NCBI RefSeq assembly: GCF_018350175.1 | Contig: NC_058377.1 | Span: 63,302,001 to 63,366,000, forward strand | Direction: 5' to 3' | Source of the DNA: Felis catus | Lineage: Eukaryota | DNA: 64,000 nucleotides | Part shown: piece after piece, positions 37,241 through 47,829 of the stretch | How the letters are laid out: every line of letters begins with the position of its first letter | How positions within the stretch are numbered: the stretch's first letter is position 1 | Program-made: the position numbers and the translations under genes | Notes under the pieces: generated by a model | The model's database searches: none | Seen by the model: only the letters and a program-made list of their open reading frames with translations | What the model was told of the DNA's origin: nothing

Positions 37241-38985
37241 GGAGATTATGGTTCAGACCATCCAGCGACTCCCTTCCACACTCCAAAAAACCAGAGCAAT
37301 TCAGAATCATCACATTGTGGAAAAGCAGCCCCGGTGGTAAATAATAAAAATTATAATAACAGTTAACAGGGACTGAGTGCTTATTATGTGCCAGACACAT
37401 AACGAATCACTTTACATATATTATCTCCTTAATACTCATAATCTTAATAGGTATCTTCTTTTATTAGATGTGTTTTACAGCGGAAGAAACTGAGGGCCCT
37501 TGGCTCCCCAGACGTTAACCCTGATCAGCTAACTCACTTAAAGTGATGTAGCTATGGTTTGAGCTCTGCTTTAGATCTTGCTCCCAATCACCTGGAGATT
37601 CAGTACATTTCATGTTGGAAGTCCCCAGTGGCCCATAAAGTGGGGGGTTGTATGTGGACCACCCAACCTAATAATCAAGCTCCGGTCAGATGACTGCAGG
37701 CTGACCAAAACCCAGAAAGGCTGCCTGGAAGCTGCAGAGTCAGTGACAAAGAGCAAAATCAGGCTGCATGGATCTCAGTGCTATGACAATCTGCTGACTG
37801 GGTTGTCCCCTTCTTCCAGCTCTTGAGAGAGGTAGGGGAGAATGTTGAAAAATTCTGGAGCTCTCCTTGGCCAAGAAGCACAGAAGTGATGGTACCAAGG
37901 CCCTGACTGAATCAAAGTGCTGTTGGGGGTACTTTCTTGCCCCACACAAAGTTGATAAGGGCTCAACACCTGGGTGCACCCTCAACCTCTCATCCACCTG
38001 ATGAGGTCTGGCACCCAGCACAGGTGCTCCAATGTTTGTGAATGAGCCTCAGCATTCATGCTTGCTTTGGGATTTTGGGCCAGGACCACTAGACTATCCA
38101 ATGTAAGGGAGCCAGGGTCTGTATAACACTATTTCAAGCCTCATGAGGACTACTTTCCTCAACCTTAGATTTCTCCCATCCCATCAAACTTGCGCTTGAA
38201 AAAGCATCACAGCTACCTTTCTCCTCTAAAGGCAAAAGTCCTTAATGAGCCTGAACAGGCCCAGTGTGACTCCTTGCTGCCTCACTTCCCTAGCCCTCCT
38301 CTAGCCACTCCCCTTCCACTTTTCATCCCAAAGTGAATTGCACCCTGGTCCTATCGGGGCTTACACATACGCTGGCCTCTCTGCCTAGGTTGCTCTTCTC
38401 CCTATTGCTTGCCTGGCTGTGCCTACTTGCTGTTCAGTTCTTAGTTTTCAAGTTGACATCCCATCTCCGCTGCAGACTGGGTTAGACACCCCTCCTCTGC
38501 ACTCCCATAGCTCCCTGAACTTCTGTATCCTAGTACTCATTACTGTATTGTAGTTGCCTGGTTACTTGTCTCTATCCCCCACTAGGCCATGAGCGCTGTG
38601 GGCAGGGACTGTGTTTTATTCACTGATGTTTCCCCAGGGTCTAGTGCAGTGCCTGGCAAATAAAAGCACTCAGTAAATATTTGCTGTATGAATGAATGGA
38701 TGATGAAGGTCAGCGGGCCCAACCCCCTCTAGGCCCCATGCTCTGAAGACCATAGCTATCTCGGTGCTGGCCTAAAGAGCAAATAAAGCTTCAGCTCCAG
38801 CTGGGGCTGGGGGAAGAGTAGGATCTCAGACTGTTCCTGAAACCTGTGACTTCAGCTATCTGGCCTCTGCTCTTCTGACTTGATAGGATTTTGGTGTATG
38901 ATTAGACTGAGTATTTCTCCACCCAGCCCACCCTCCTAGAGTCCCCCCCACAAATTGACCTCACTGGGCCTGCTTTTATGAAAGG

Positions 38986-38991
38986 TTTATT
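38986..38991 (-). terminator. ARFIP2: ARFIP2 polyadenylation signal AATAAA
   Basis: tttatt on plus strand ~590 nt past the stop. Confidence 0.75.
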
Positions 38992-39582
38992 CCTAGTGCT
39001 AGTTCCCAATCTTCCAGGGCTCTAAGCACAAATAAACTGGGTGGGTTGGTGAGGGGAAGCCCATTCAGATGCAGGGCCAGAAATGGGGCTCCCCATTATC
39101 CCCACCCCTTTGGTCCCAGTCCCCTTCTCTGCATTGGGGACGCATAGAGGAGGGACAAAGGGTATTGGAGGCAACATCATTGGCTCAGGGGAGCCCAAGA
39201 AGAGCTGCCATTGGCTGACAGGGCCTTTTGAGACTCTGCCATTGGTCAGGGGGCACACCCCAGGAGCTGGGGATAGGCCTGAGGAGTAATGCCATTGGCC
39301 AGGGAGTGGTTTTGTCATAGCCTTTGGCTGTGGAGTGGAAGGAAAAGATCTGGGAATGAAGCCCAGTGGCCAGGAAGATAAAGGACAGGGCAGCAGCTGC
39401 TGGGCCTGCAGGCCCCCTCCCTACCACAGCAGTGTGGGCAAAACTGGTATGAGGCCCCAGCAAGGGAAAGGGAACCCAAGCCAGAGGGCAGGTGGCAAGG
39501 GATGTCCCATGTCCAATCTCTCCCACCCTGGGACTGCCTCTCCCAATGTCCTTCTTGATAGCCAGGTTTGGCTAGGAGCAGC

Positions 39583-39738
39583 TCACTGCTCCTCTAGCCA
39601 GGAGGGCTTCTCGGCTCCTGGAGGCCGCAGCTTGATGTTGAACTGCTGCAGGGTCTGCTCCAGTTGTTTCTGGTTCCCAGCAAAGTAGGCTGACACGGCA
39701 TTGTGGAAGAGCAGCAGCTGCTTGTGCATCACCTTGAT
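39583..39738 (-). CDS. ARFIP2: Arfaptin-2 last coding exon
   Basis: [51 protein letters not shown]. Confidence 0.97.
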   Translation of the reverse strand: MKVMHKQLLLFHNAVSAYFAGNQKQLEQTLQQFNIKLRPPGAEKPSWLEEQ

Positions 39739-40182
39739 CTGGGGGTCCAGCAGGGTCAGCTGAGACTGGACTCAGATGCCCTTCTTGAGCCTGAGCCCAG
39801 ACCAGGGGTACATGGATTCTGCTCTGATGGTGCTTTCAGGGTGGGGGTTGACCTCCACTAATGGAGTCAAAGGATAAGGGCAATCTGATGGGAGAAACCT
39901 GACTTGATTTGCTGGATCTGGCATTCTGGTACCCCAGCCCAGGGTGGGGGGATTTTTCCCAGTTATGTTCCTGGGATCAGCAACCAAATCCTCCAATAGA
40001 AAAGGGCCAGGGATTGGAGGGTAGGTGACTGGAAAGGTCCAGGAGTTGAAGGGGCTGGAGGAAAGATCCCACTTCTTAGCCAGGCTGCATTTCCCCATCC
40101 AGTGATGGGGAGGGTCTTAGGGGTAGAAGGTCAGTGTTATAGATGGGAAAGTGGANNNNNNNNNNNNNNNNNNNNNNNNNNN

Positions 40183-40357
40183 NNNNNNNNNNNNNNNNNN
40201 NNNNNNNNNNNNNNNNNNNNNNNNNNNNNNNNNNNNNNNNNNNNNNNNNNNNNNNNNNNNNNNNNNNNNNNNNNNNNNNNNNNNNNNACGCGTCCCTGCA
40301 TCCCGGGGGCCTAGGCTCAGCTCCTCTAAGTCTGTTCGGTAGGCATCATATTCCAGC
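40183..40357 (-). CDS. ARFIP2: Arfaptin-2 exon 7 (3' part in N gap, end inferred)
   Basis: R|[23 protein letters not shown] visible 40288-40357; 175-nt length inferred from the remembered human protein. Confidence 0.8.
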
Positions 40358-40501
40358 CTGGGGAAGGGTAATACAGGCTGGTCTCCACCCCTGTGTCCAC
40401 ATATACTTTCCTTTCCTTCCTCAATTCTTACGACCCCAAAGCTCAAACTTCCACCCATGCCAGCCAACTCCCAAAACCCTGGGCCCTGCTGGTGCCCACA
40501 C

Positions 40502-40659
40502 CTGGCAGCCTCATACTGTTTGACAGTCATGAGCGTATCTTCCATAGTCTTGGTGACCAATGTATTGATGCTAGAGACAAAGAAGTTCACAGCCCCTAGC
40601 AGTGTCTCTCCATTCTTGCACAGCAGCTTCTGTGTCTCTGCATTGTAGCCAAATTCCTC
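40502..40659 (-). CDS. ARFIP2: Arfaptin-2 exon 6 (158 nt)
   Basis: [52 protein letters not shown]. Confidence 0.97.
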
Positions 40660-41185
40660 CTGAAGGCAGAAGGGGAGGACAGGCCTTGAGTAACAGTTCC
40701 TACCTGAATCAAGCTGTAGGGCCCTCATTCCCCTCCTCCCCAGGAAGGAAACAGCCATTGAAACTGGAACAACCAAGGACTGCCTCCAGCAAGGCTCTCT
40801 TAGCCAGAAAGTTAGTGGGACCACCCAGAAATGCCTAGGGTAGGAATGTGGGAGTGGGGTTCTCAGATAAGTTCACAGGACTGGAATAGGGAAAGCTAGT
40901 GCAGCAGGCAAGGGAGGGGCTCTGATTAGGCCGAGCACTGATGCAGAGAAGGGTTACTTGTGAGGCATCTAGTGTGCCATCTCCCCCACCCCTCCAACTT
41001 CTGAACCTCTGTACAAACCCTTAGGCTGCCTCCACAGGTGAGTGCTGCTGGGGGTAGGGCTGAGCCCACCCTGGAGGGGTTCTCCCTCTGGGCTGCAGGA
41101 GGGAGGGAGGGAGGGAGGCTGAGGGCTGACTGCCTGGGAGGGCCCGGGCCCAGTCTCCCCACCCTCTTTGNNNNNNNNNNNNNNN

Positions 41186-41407
41186 NNNNNNNNNNNNNNN
41201 NNNNNNNNNNNNNNNNNNNNNNNNNNNNNNNNNNNNNNNNNNNNNNNNNNNNNNNNNNNNNNNNNNNNNNNNNNNNNNNNNNNNNNNNNNNNNNNNNNNN
41301 NNNNNNNNNNNNNNNNNNNNNNNNNNNNNNNNNNNNNNNNNNNNNNNNNNNNNNNNNNNNNNNNNNNNNNNNNNGCCGAATCTTTCTGACAACAGCTGCT
41401 TTGTGCA
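41186..41407 (-). CDS. ARFIP2: Arfaptin-2 exon 5 (mostly in N gap, end inferred)
   Basis: CTKQLLSERFG visible 41375-41407; 222-nt length inferred from human and fits the gap. Confidence 0.75.
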
Positions 41408-41594
41408 CTGATTGGGAAGTGGGAGAATAAGTCAGAGCCCTAGCACCCTGCCCCCCGCCGCCCCTCCAAACAGGTATCTACCCTAGCATCCCCAGGCTCC
41501 TAGTCTCAGCCGTAGATGGGATAGTGGAATTCAGAAGATGGGGAAAAGGTACCCAGGGGGAGTCTGGGGGAAGGGAAAGGTATTTAAATCCCAC

Positions 41595-41713
41595 CTTATA
41601 TGTATTGATGCCCCATTTCTTGACGATGTCAAACTTCTCTCCGGCGATGCCCCGAGCCACCTCATCTCCGGGGCCAGCAGGAGTGGTACTGTGAGATGGA
41701 TGGCGGCCAGACC
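41595..41713 (-). CDS. ARFIP2: Arfaptin-2 exon 4 (119 nt)
   Basis: G|[39 protein letters not shown]. Confidence 0.96.
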
Positions 41714-42468
41714 CTAAAGGACCAAGTTCTCTGACACCAGCCTCTCTCAGACATAATCAGATGTCTCTGTGGCTCCACCTGTACCTCCCACCCAGCATAT
41801 GAAAATTGCTTCCCTGAAGTAGCAGAAACTAGGGACACTGAGATTCTCCTACTCACTAGGAAGAACTCATACCTTGTGCCCTAAGACCCATATCCCAATA
41901 TACATCTGGCCTCCTTTTGAGGTGGTGATGGGGGCTGGAGTGGGGGAGGGAGTTGCTGGTGTACGGGGACAGAGGAAACAGAAAAAAATACACTGAATAT
42001 GGGGTGGCAGGTCAAGGATGGTGGATCCTGATAGCAAGAAACCTCACTAACATTCCCATGTGGAATCTTAGTGTGAGATTCAGGGCTGTTTGCTCCTCTA
42101 AGCTTTAGAGTCTAAAGTAAAACTCTACGAAGCTTCAGAGTTCCAACTCAGGCTCAAGCTCTAGGGCAGGGAGAACTTCTGTGAAACAGAGTTCTTAACA
42201 TGATTTGGGTGGTGGCAGCAGAGAAAGAACAAATGGACACATCTCAGGGGCTAAATGGCAAGTGGGAGCAACTGGACAACCCTGGGCTGAGGACAGTCCA
42301 TAAGGTTCATACTAGCAGAAGTTCCCAAGATCTCCAGTCATAATTCAAGCTTTCTTTGACACATCCTATACTCCCCAGAACCATTCCTCTCCCTCTCTCC
42401 ACTCAAGCTTCCTGTCCTGTTCTGATNNNNNNNNNNNNNNNNNNNNNNNNNNNNNNNNNNNNNNNNNN

Positions 42469-42565
42469 NNNNNNNNNNNNNNNNNNNNNNNNNNNNNNNN
42501 NNNNNNNNNNNNNNNNNNNNNNNNNNNNNNNNNNNNNNNNNNNNNNNNNNNNNNNNNNNNNNNNN
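42469..42565 (-). CDS. ARFIP2: Arfaptin-2 exon 3, inferred wholly inside N gap 42427-42566
   Basis: Not sequenced; gap is preceded on minus by ttcagctgcccctA (acceptor missing its G); phases of exons 2 (0) and 4 (1) need a 3n+1 exon. Confidence 0.5.
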
Positions 42566-42785
42566 NTAGGGGCAGCTGAAGCATTTGGGGGGTGAGAACA
42601 AGCTTGAAGCATCACAGAGAGAGCACACAAGGGAAGTCTGCATAGAATCAGAACGAAGATTTGTAAAAAGATTGGAGGGAGTTAGGTAAGTTAGGGGAAG
42701 TCTACTAGAATGGGGTGAAAGGCCAGGGCTTATGATTTGGGATTCCTAAATTGAAACAATATGGAGAAGAATCAAACAGAAGCAC

Positions 42786-42884
42786 CTGCTCCAGCCCATC
42801 ATCCTCAGGAAGCTGCCCCGCTTCACCGTTCCCATGGATGGGGATCTCCATTGTGGCTGCCTTCCCTAGGATCCCGTCCGTCAT
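42786..42884 (-). CDS. ARFIP2: Arfaptin-2 first coding exon
   Basis: GCCATGA start; [33 protein letters not shown]; GT donor. Confidence 0.96.
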
Positions 42885-43713
42885 GGCTAGGGAAGGGATT
42901 GGAGTCAAAGTCTCCACCCCAGCGCCCTGCAAAGCCCAACACAGACAATTCTGGAAACTGGCCAGTACTCCAGAAAGAAAGGTTTCCCCACCATTTCAGA
43001 AGTTTTGGAGGCTGTCCTAGGACTTGAGTATTCTGGGGTTTGGCCACGACTCCTTTCTTCTCACAGATATGTATTTCTTCTCTCCAAGGTGCATTATTTT
43101 TACACATGCACACCCGGGCCCCAGGTGTCTTCTTGTGAACCCTCAATCCCACCAGGGCCCCGGTGATCATTCATGCATTCAGTCATTTGACAGACATTTA
43201 ATGAGTGCCTACTATGTCTTATGCATTATTTGAGGTCACAGCTGTGACCAAGAGAGATAAAGTCTGTGCTGTCTTGAAGCTTATCCCCATGCAGCTGTTT
43301 CCCCCCATCCGATTAACCCCTTTCCAAGGCTCAGGAGCCTACTCCTCCCATTCAGGTATGTTCTCCATTGCTGCTTGGCCTTTCACACTCCTGTAGTGTT
43401 TCTTCCCCTTTTCTTCAGGGGTCTCCCTCTCCTCCATCTCATGCACCTCCTCTTCCTCGCCCCCCCCCCCAGGCCTTAGTTGAATCAGTTGGTGTATATT
43501 CCCGGCCTCTGAGTAAAGCCTCTTTTTCCCAAGACATAGGTGATCGCTTCCAAAGTCAGTTATGTCCCCCAGGTGTGTGAGTCCCCGCCCCCCCCCACCC
43601 CTCACACCTGGGCATCAGGTGTGTCCTCATCCTTCCCCAGAGCTCAGTGGCATCTTTCCCTCAGGGCAGGTTCGTGCGTTCAACTTCCCCTCGCCCAAGT
43701 CTGTCCTCCTCAC

Positions 43714-44007
43714 CTCGGGCCGGGCCGCTCTTCCCCTCAGGGCGCCAGGCCCGGGCCGCGCGGGGACCTCGGGCTCCAGTTCCCGTCGCGATCCTAGCAG
43801 CAGGTCAGGGATTCGGCGGAAGTGACGTCCCCTCCCGGGCAGAAGAAGCCGGCCACGTCGCAGATTATAAGGGCGGAGATGACGTTAAAGCCCGGGGCAG
43901 GGCGATCCTTGAGCCAACCCCTCATTCCCTGGGGAGGGAGGAGAGATCACTTCCGGGGCGTTACCAAGAAGCTGTGAGGAAGTGACGTAGGGTGCGCGGG
44001 TGGTGCG
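43714..44007. promoter_or_regulatory. Bidirectional CpG promoter of ARFIP2 (non-coding exon 1, donor after 43714) and TIMM10B
   Basis: Head-to-head genes within ~300 bp; CGGAAGTGACGTC 43817-43829, CACTTCCGG 43948-43956, GGAAGTGACGTA 43978-43989. Confidence 0.85.
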
Positions 44008-44064
44008 ATGGAGCCGCAGCAGCCACAGCAGCCACAGCAGCCGCAGCCGCAGCAGCTGAGAAAC
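44008..44064 (+). CDS. TIMM10B: TIMM10B (Tim9b/FXC1) exon 1
   Basis: GCGATGG; MEPQQPQQPQQPQPQQLRN; gtgagt donor. Confidence 0.95.
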
Positions 44065-44240
44065 GTGAGTGCGCGCTAAGTCGCTGCAGGGCCATAAGTT
44101 CAGCCAGCATCCTTGTCCGTTTGGTTGGAGATCTGAGGGCTGGGAATGTCGGGCTGTGGCACAGGGTCCTGGGAAATCTCGGGCGATGCGGCCTTGAGTT
44201 GCCCCCTTCCCGCTGAGTTCTTTGTTCCCTTTTCTCTTAG

Positions 44241-44336
44241 TTGCGGGACTTCCTGTTGGTCTACAATCGGATGACGGAACTCTGCTTCCAGCGCTGCGTG
44301 CCCAGCTTGCACCACCGAGCTCTGGATGCTGAGGAG
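44241..44336 (+). CDS. TIMM10B: TIMM10B exon 2 (first CX3C)
   Basis: [32 protein letters not shown]. Confidence 0.97.
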
Positions 44337-44509
44337 GTTAGGCGGGAAACTCAGTAGGGAGGTGCGCCGTAGATCCTTCCCAACCGCCACTCCCCCTGCC
44401 TCTGGCCCTGGCCTTTCTACGACCCTCACCCTTAGGTTAGGGATGGGAAGGAAGGAGGTGGACCCGACAGGACACCTTTGGCCTCTGCTTCCCCCTGTCT
44501 TCCTTCCAG

Positions 44510-44686
44510 GAGGCCTGTTTGCACAGCTGTGCTGGAAAGCTGATCCATTCCAACCACCGCCTCATGGCCGCTTACGTGCAGCTCATGCCTGCCCTGGTAC
44601 AGCGCCGCATCGCAGACTACGAGGCTGCCTCAGCTGGGCCAGGTGTTGCTGCTGAACAGCCCGGAACCTCACCATCAGGCAGCTAG
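44510..44686 (+). CDS. TIMM10B: TIMM10B exon 3 (second CX3C, TAG stop); 109 aa in total
   Basis: [58 protein letters not shown]. Confidence 0.97.
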   Translation, partial: EACLHSCAGKLIHSNHRLMAAYVQLMPALVQRRIADYEAASAGPGVAAEQPGTSPSGS

Positions 44687-44825
44687 CCCTCCTCAACCCC
44701 AGGAAGGGAGGCACTGGATGGACCCTCAAATTGAAGGAGCCAGTGGACCTTGGGCTGAATGCAGCCTGTATGTAGAGTGAGGGATTGCCTGAGAGCTGGG
44801 TACTATTGCTCCTTTTCCTGGAGCC

Positions 44826-44831
44826 AATAAA
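44826..44831 (+). terminator. TIMM10B: TIMM10B proximal polyadenylation signal AATAAA
   Basis: AATAAA 140 nt after the stop, GU-rich downstream (tgtttggtttatgtt). Confidence 0.7.
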
Positions 44832-45974
44832 CCCGCTTTTACTCTGTTTGGTTTATGTTCTGGGCAGGAAGCTTTGCCCACTTTGTTGGCAACATCCTTT
44901 ATTCTGTCAGTTATTGCATATCTGCTGGCCTCAGCCCTGGCAGTGGAGAAATTGCCTTCTATGTGTAGAAGATTCCCCGGCGCCTGGTTAAAGCAAGGTC
45001 TGTGGGTACAATTTTAATGTTGGTAATAGCAACAGGAAGCTGGTTCCTGCCCAAATGACAGAGAAAATGAGAGCTCTTTCTAGCTGTCCTTCACTTAAGT
45101 CTGTCTGACTTAAATGGCTCATTTGTGAGCCAGGTATGCATTCATTCATAACTATTTTTTCATGGACTCTATCTTTCTTTCAAGAAGAAATTCTGCTAAA
45201 TTTAGGGAAAAGAGGAGATCTCTAAGGACAACAGATCAAGAAATCACAGGGCTTCTAGGGACTGCCTCTTGGGAAGTCAGTAGTCCCAGAACAGAGATGA
45301 AACCTATATGAATTTTGGGGTGTTGTGGAACTTCAACCATTTCCCCAAGTTGTTACTTTTTTACTATTTTCCCTCTTCCCCAGGATAAGCAGTACAGCGT
45401 TTAAATAGAGAAGGTCTGTGTGCTTGTCTTCAGGAGCTGTCAGAAAGGGGAAACTTGAGGGACCGTATTCTGCAATACAGCCAGATCTGAGGGAGAGAAC
45501 CCAAGGGAGAAGTAGATGATGGTAGTTATGGGGGGCAAAGGGGATAATGCAAATCTTTGGGACCTCTTTAATGTTACCTGCATGTCTATAATCTAATTCC
45601 AGCTCTTCTATCCTCTATCCCACATTGTTTCCACTGTCTCTGTTCTGTTATTTCCATGTTGAGCTTCTCCATTTTTCCCTCATTATTGCCCTCCTTGTGG
45701 AATTTATTCTGTATTCACCAACCTGAATGGCCTATCACTCTGTCACCACATTTTCTTGCCTCCTCTGTGTCCTTGTTGTATCATTCCACTGTTTTATCTT
45801 TTCTGGTCCTCTATTCAGACTGCTAGAGAAAAACACGGCTGTGTAATGCATGCCACTAAATATTCAAGGTTTCCAACCTCAGCCAAGCCCTCACTACCAA
45901 CAGGCAATCAATCCTTTCTCAGTTCATGGTGTGTTTCATCTCTCTCTTTTTTTTTTAAAAGAAAAAAATTTTTC

Positions 45975-46394
45975 TTTTTTAATTTTTTTTTCGAGGTTTA
46001 TTTATTTTTGGGACAGAGAGAGACAGAGCATGAACGGGGGAGGGGCAGAGAGAGAGGGAGACACAGAATCGGAAACAGGCTCCAGGCTCCGAGCCATCAG
46101 CCCAGAGCCTGACGCGGGGCTCGAACTCACAGACCGCGAGATTGTGACCTGGCTGAAGTCGGACGCTTAACCGACTGCACCACCCAGGCGCCCCTAAAGA
46201 AATTTTTTAATGTTTATTTATTCTTGTGAGAGAGAGAGACACGGAGCAGAGTGAGAGACGGACGCAGAATCCAAAGCAAGCCTCAGGCTCTGAGGGTCAG
46301 CACAGGGCCCCATGTGGGGCTTGAACTCACAAGCCATGAAGTCATGATCTGAGCTGAAGTTGGAGGCTTAACCGACTGAGCCACCCAGGTGCCC
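45975..46394 (-). mobile_element. Young felid SINE (to 46195) inserted in the A tail of an older Can-SINE (to 46394)
   Basis: Two tandem minus-strand SINE bodies; outer flanks share TTCATCTC. Confidence 0.9.
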
Positions 46395-46645
46395 TTCATC
46401 TCCTATAATTACCATGGCAATTATTTTACACCTTCACTGTTCTCATCCCCCACTTCACCCTCAACTACCCCCATCAGGTGACCATGTTCTATTTTTTACA
46501 GAGGAAATGGAAGCTCTTAGACATTGGCTCCCACAATAATTAAACTCTTTATAACCATGCACAAAAGAGACATTTTTCTCCCCTGTGTGGATCAGGAAGT
46601 TGAAATTCTTTAGTAGCAGACCCTATTTTAAAATATAGACCTAAC

Positions 46646-46848
46646 TTTTTTTTTTTTTTTTTTAATGTTTGTTTATATTTGAGAGCACAAGTTGGGAAGG
46701 GGCAGAGAGACAGGGAGAGAATCCCAAGCAGGCTCTGTGCTGTCGGTGCAGAGCCTGATGTGGGACTCAAACTCTCAAACCATGAGATCATGACCTGAGC
46801 CAAGATCAAGAGTCAGATGTTTAACCGACTGATCCACCCAGGTGCCCC
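46646..46848 (-). mobile_element. Can-SINE
   Basis: Long T tail; TSD TAGACCTAACTTTT / TAGATCTGACTTTT. Confidence 0.93.
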
Positions 46849-47829
46849 TAGATCTGACTTTAAAATCCATGTTCTTTTTACTACACCAGGCTGCCTCAAA
46901 ATATCCATTAAATCACCCAATTCATATGGGTTCTGATACTGATATGTCTTAATCTTTATAGCGAAACTACAAGTAAGAGGTATTATTCCCATTTAATGGA
47001 TGAAGAAGCAAGAATCCAGAATGTACCAGAACCCCATCTTATACATAATTACTTCTTGAGAAAAGTGGCTCCAAACAGCTTTTTGCCTCTTTAGCTGCTA
47101 TACTTTGAACAGAAGGTTTTGTTAGGAATGTAGAAGTTGCTGACCAGGAACTTCCCTACTGAGTGGCTTCATGTCTACTCAATAGAATTCTGTCCTCGAA
47201 AAGTACAAGTGCAGGTGAAACCACTTGTAAATGTAACATTTCCAAGATGGGGGGAATGGGGACCTAGAATATTTTGCTGCTGCTGAGAGGACTCTTCCGC
47301 ATGGATGTTCGTGTGTATCCTTGCGCCAGTAAATTTCCATTGTGAATTGTCTGGGTTTCCATGCCACATAACTTCTGCTTGCTGGACAAGGACCAGGAAC
47401 AAAATCTGTCTGGCTCTAAAGGCTTTGAACTTGCAGAGGCTTATCTTTGCTTGTTCATCTGTACCCAACCTGTCCCTAGGCATGGGGAAAAACAGGTATC
47501 TCAATCTAATCCATCATTTAATCTCTAACTTTTTAACCTCTTCTTTCCTCTCTGTTTATAAATATGTTCAGTACTTGGAAGAAGAATCCTACTCCTGTTA
47601 TCCCTGTTATCCATCTGCTCTAGTCACGTCTCCTTCCGGTCTTGCCATAAAGTGATAGCCATTGGCATAACGAAAACAATGTGATGTTTCAAGCACAACA
47701 CAAGAATAAGTGTTAAAGCTTTATCCCTTATATGTACATACTGGAGATAGCGTTCATGTTCTTGCCATTGTAGCTTTAGAACTTGTTTGCAAATTCTGAT
47801 TCCTTGGAACCTATTCAGCTATACTACAG

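Noticed and set aside
42427-42566. Loss of ARFIP2 exon 3
   Set aside because: It is an N gap large enough for the exon, and flanking phases require it.
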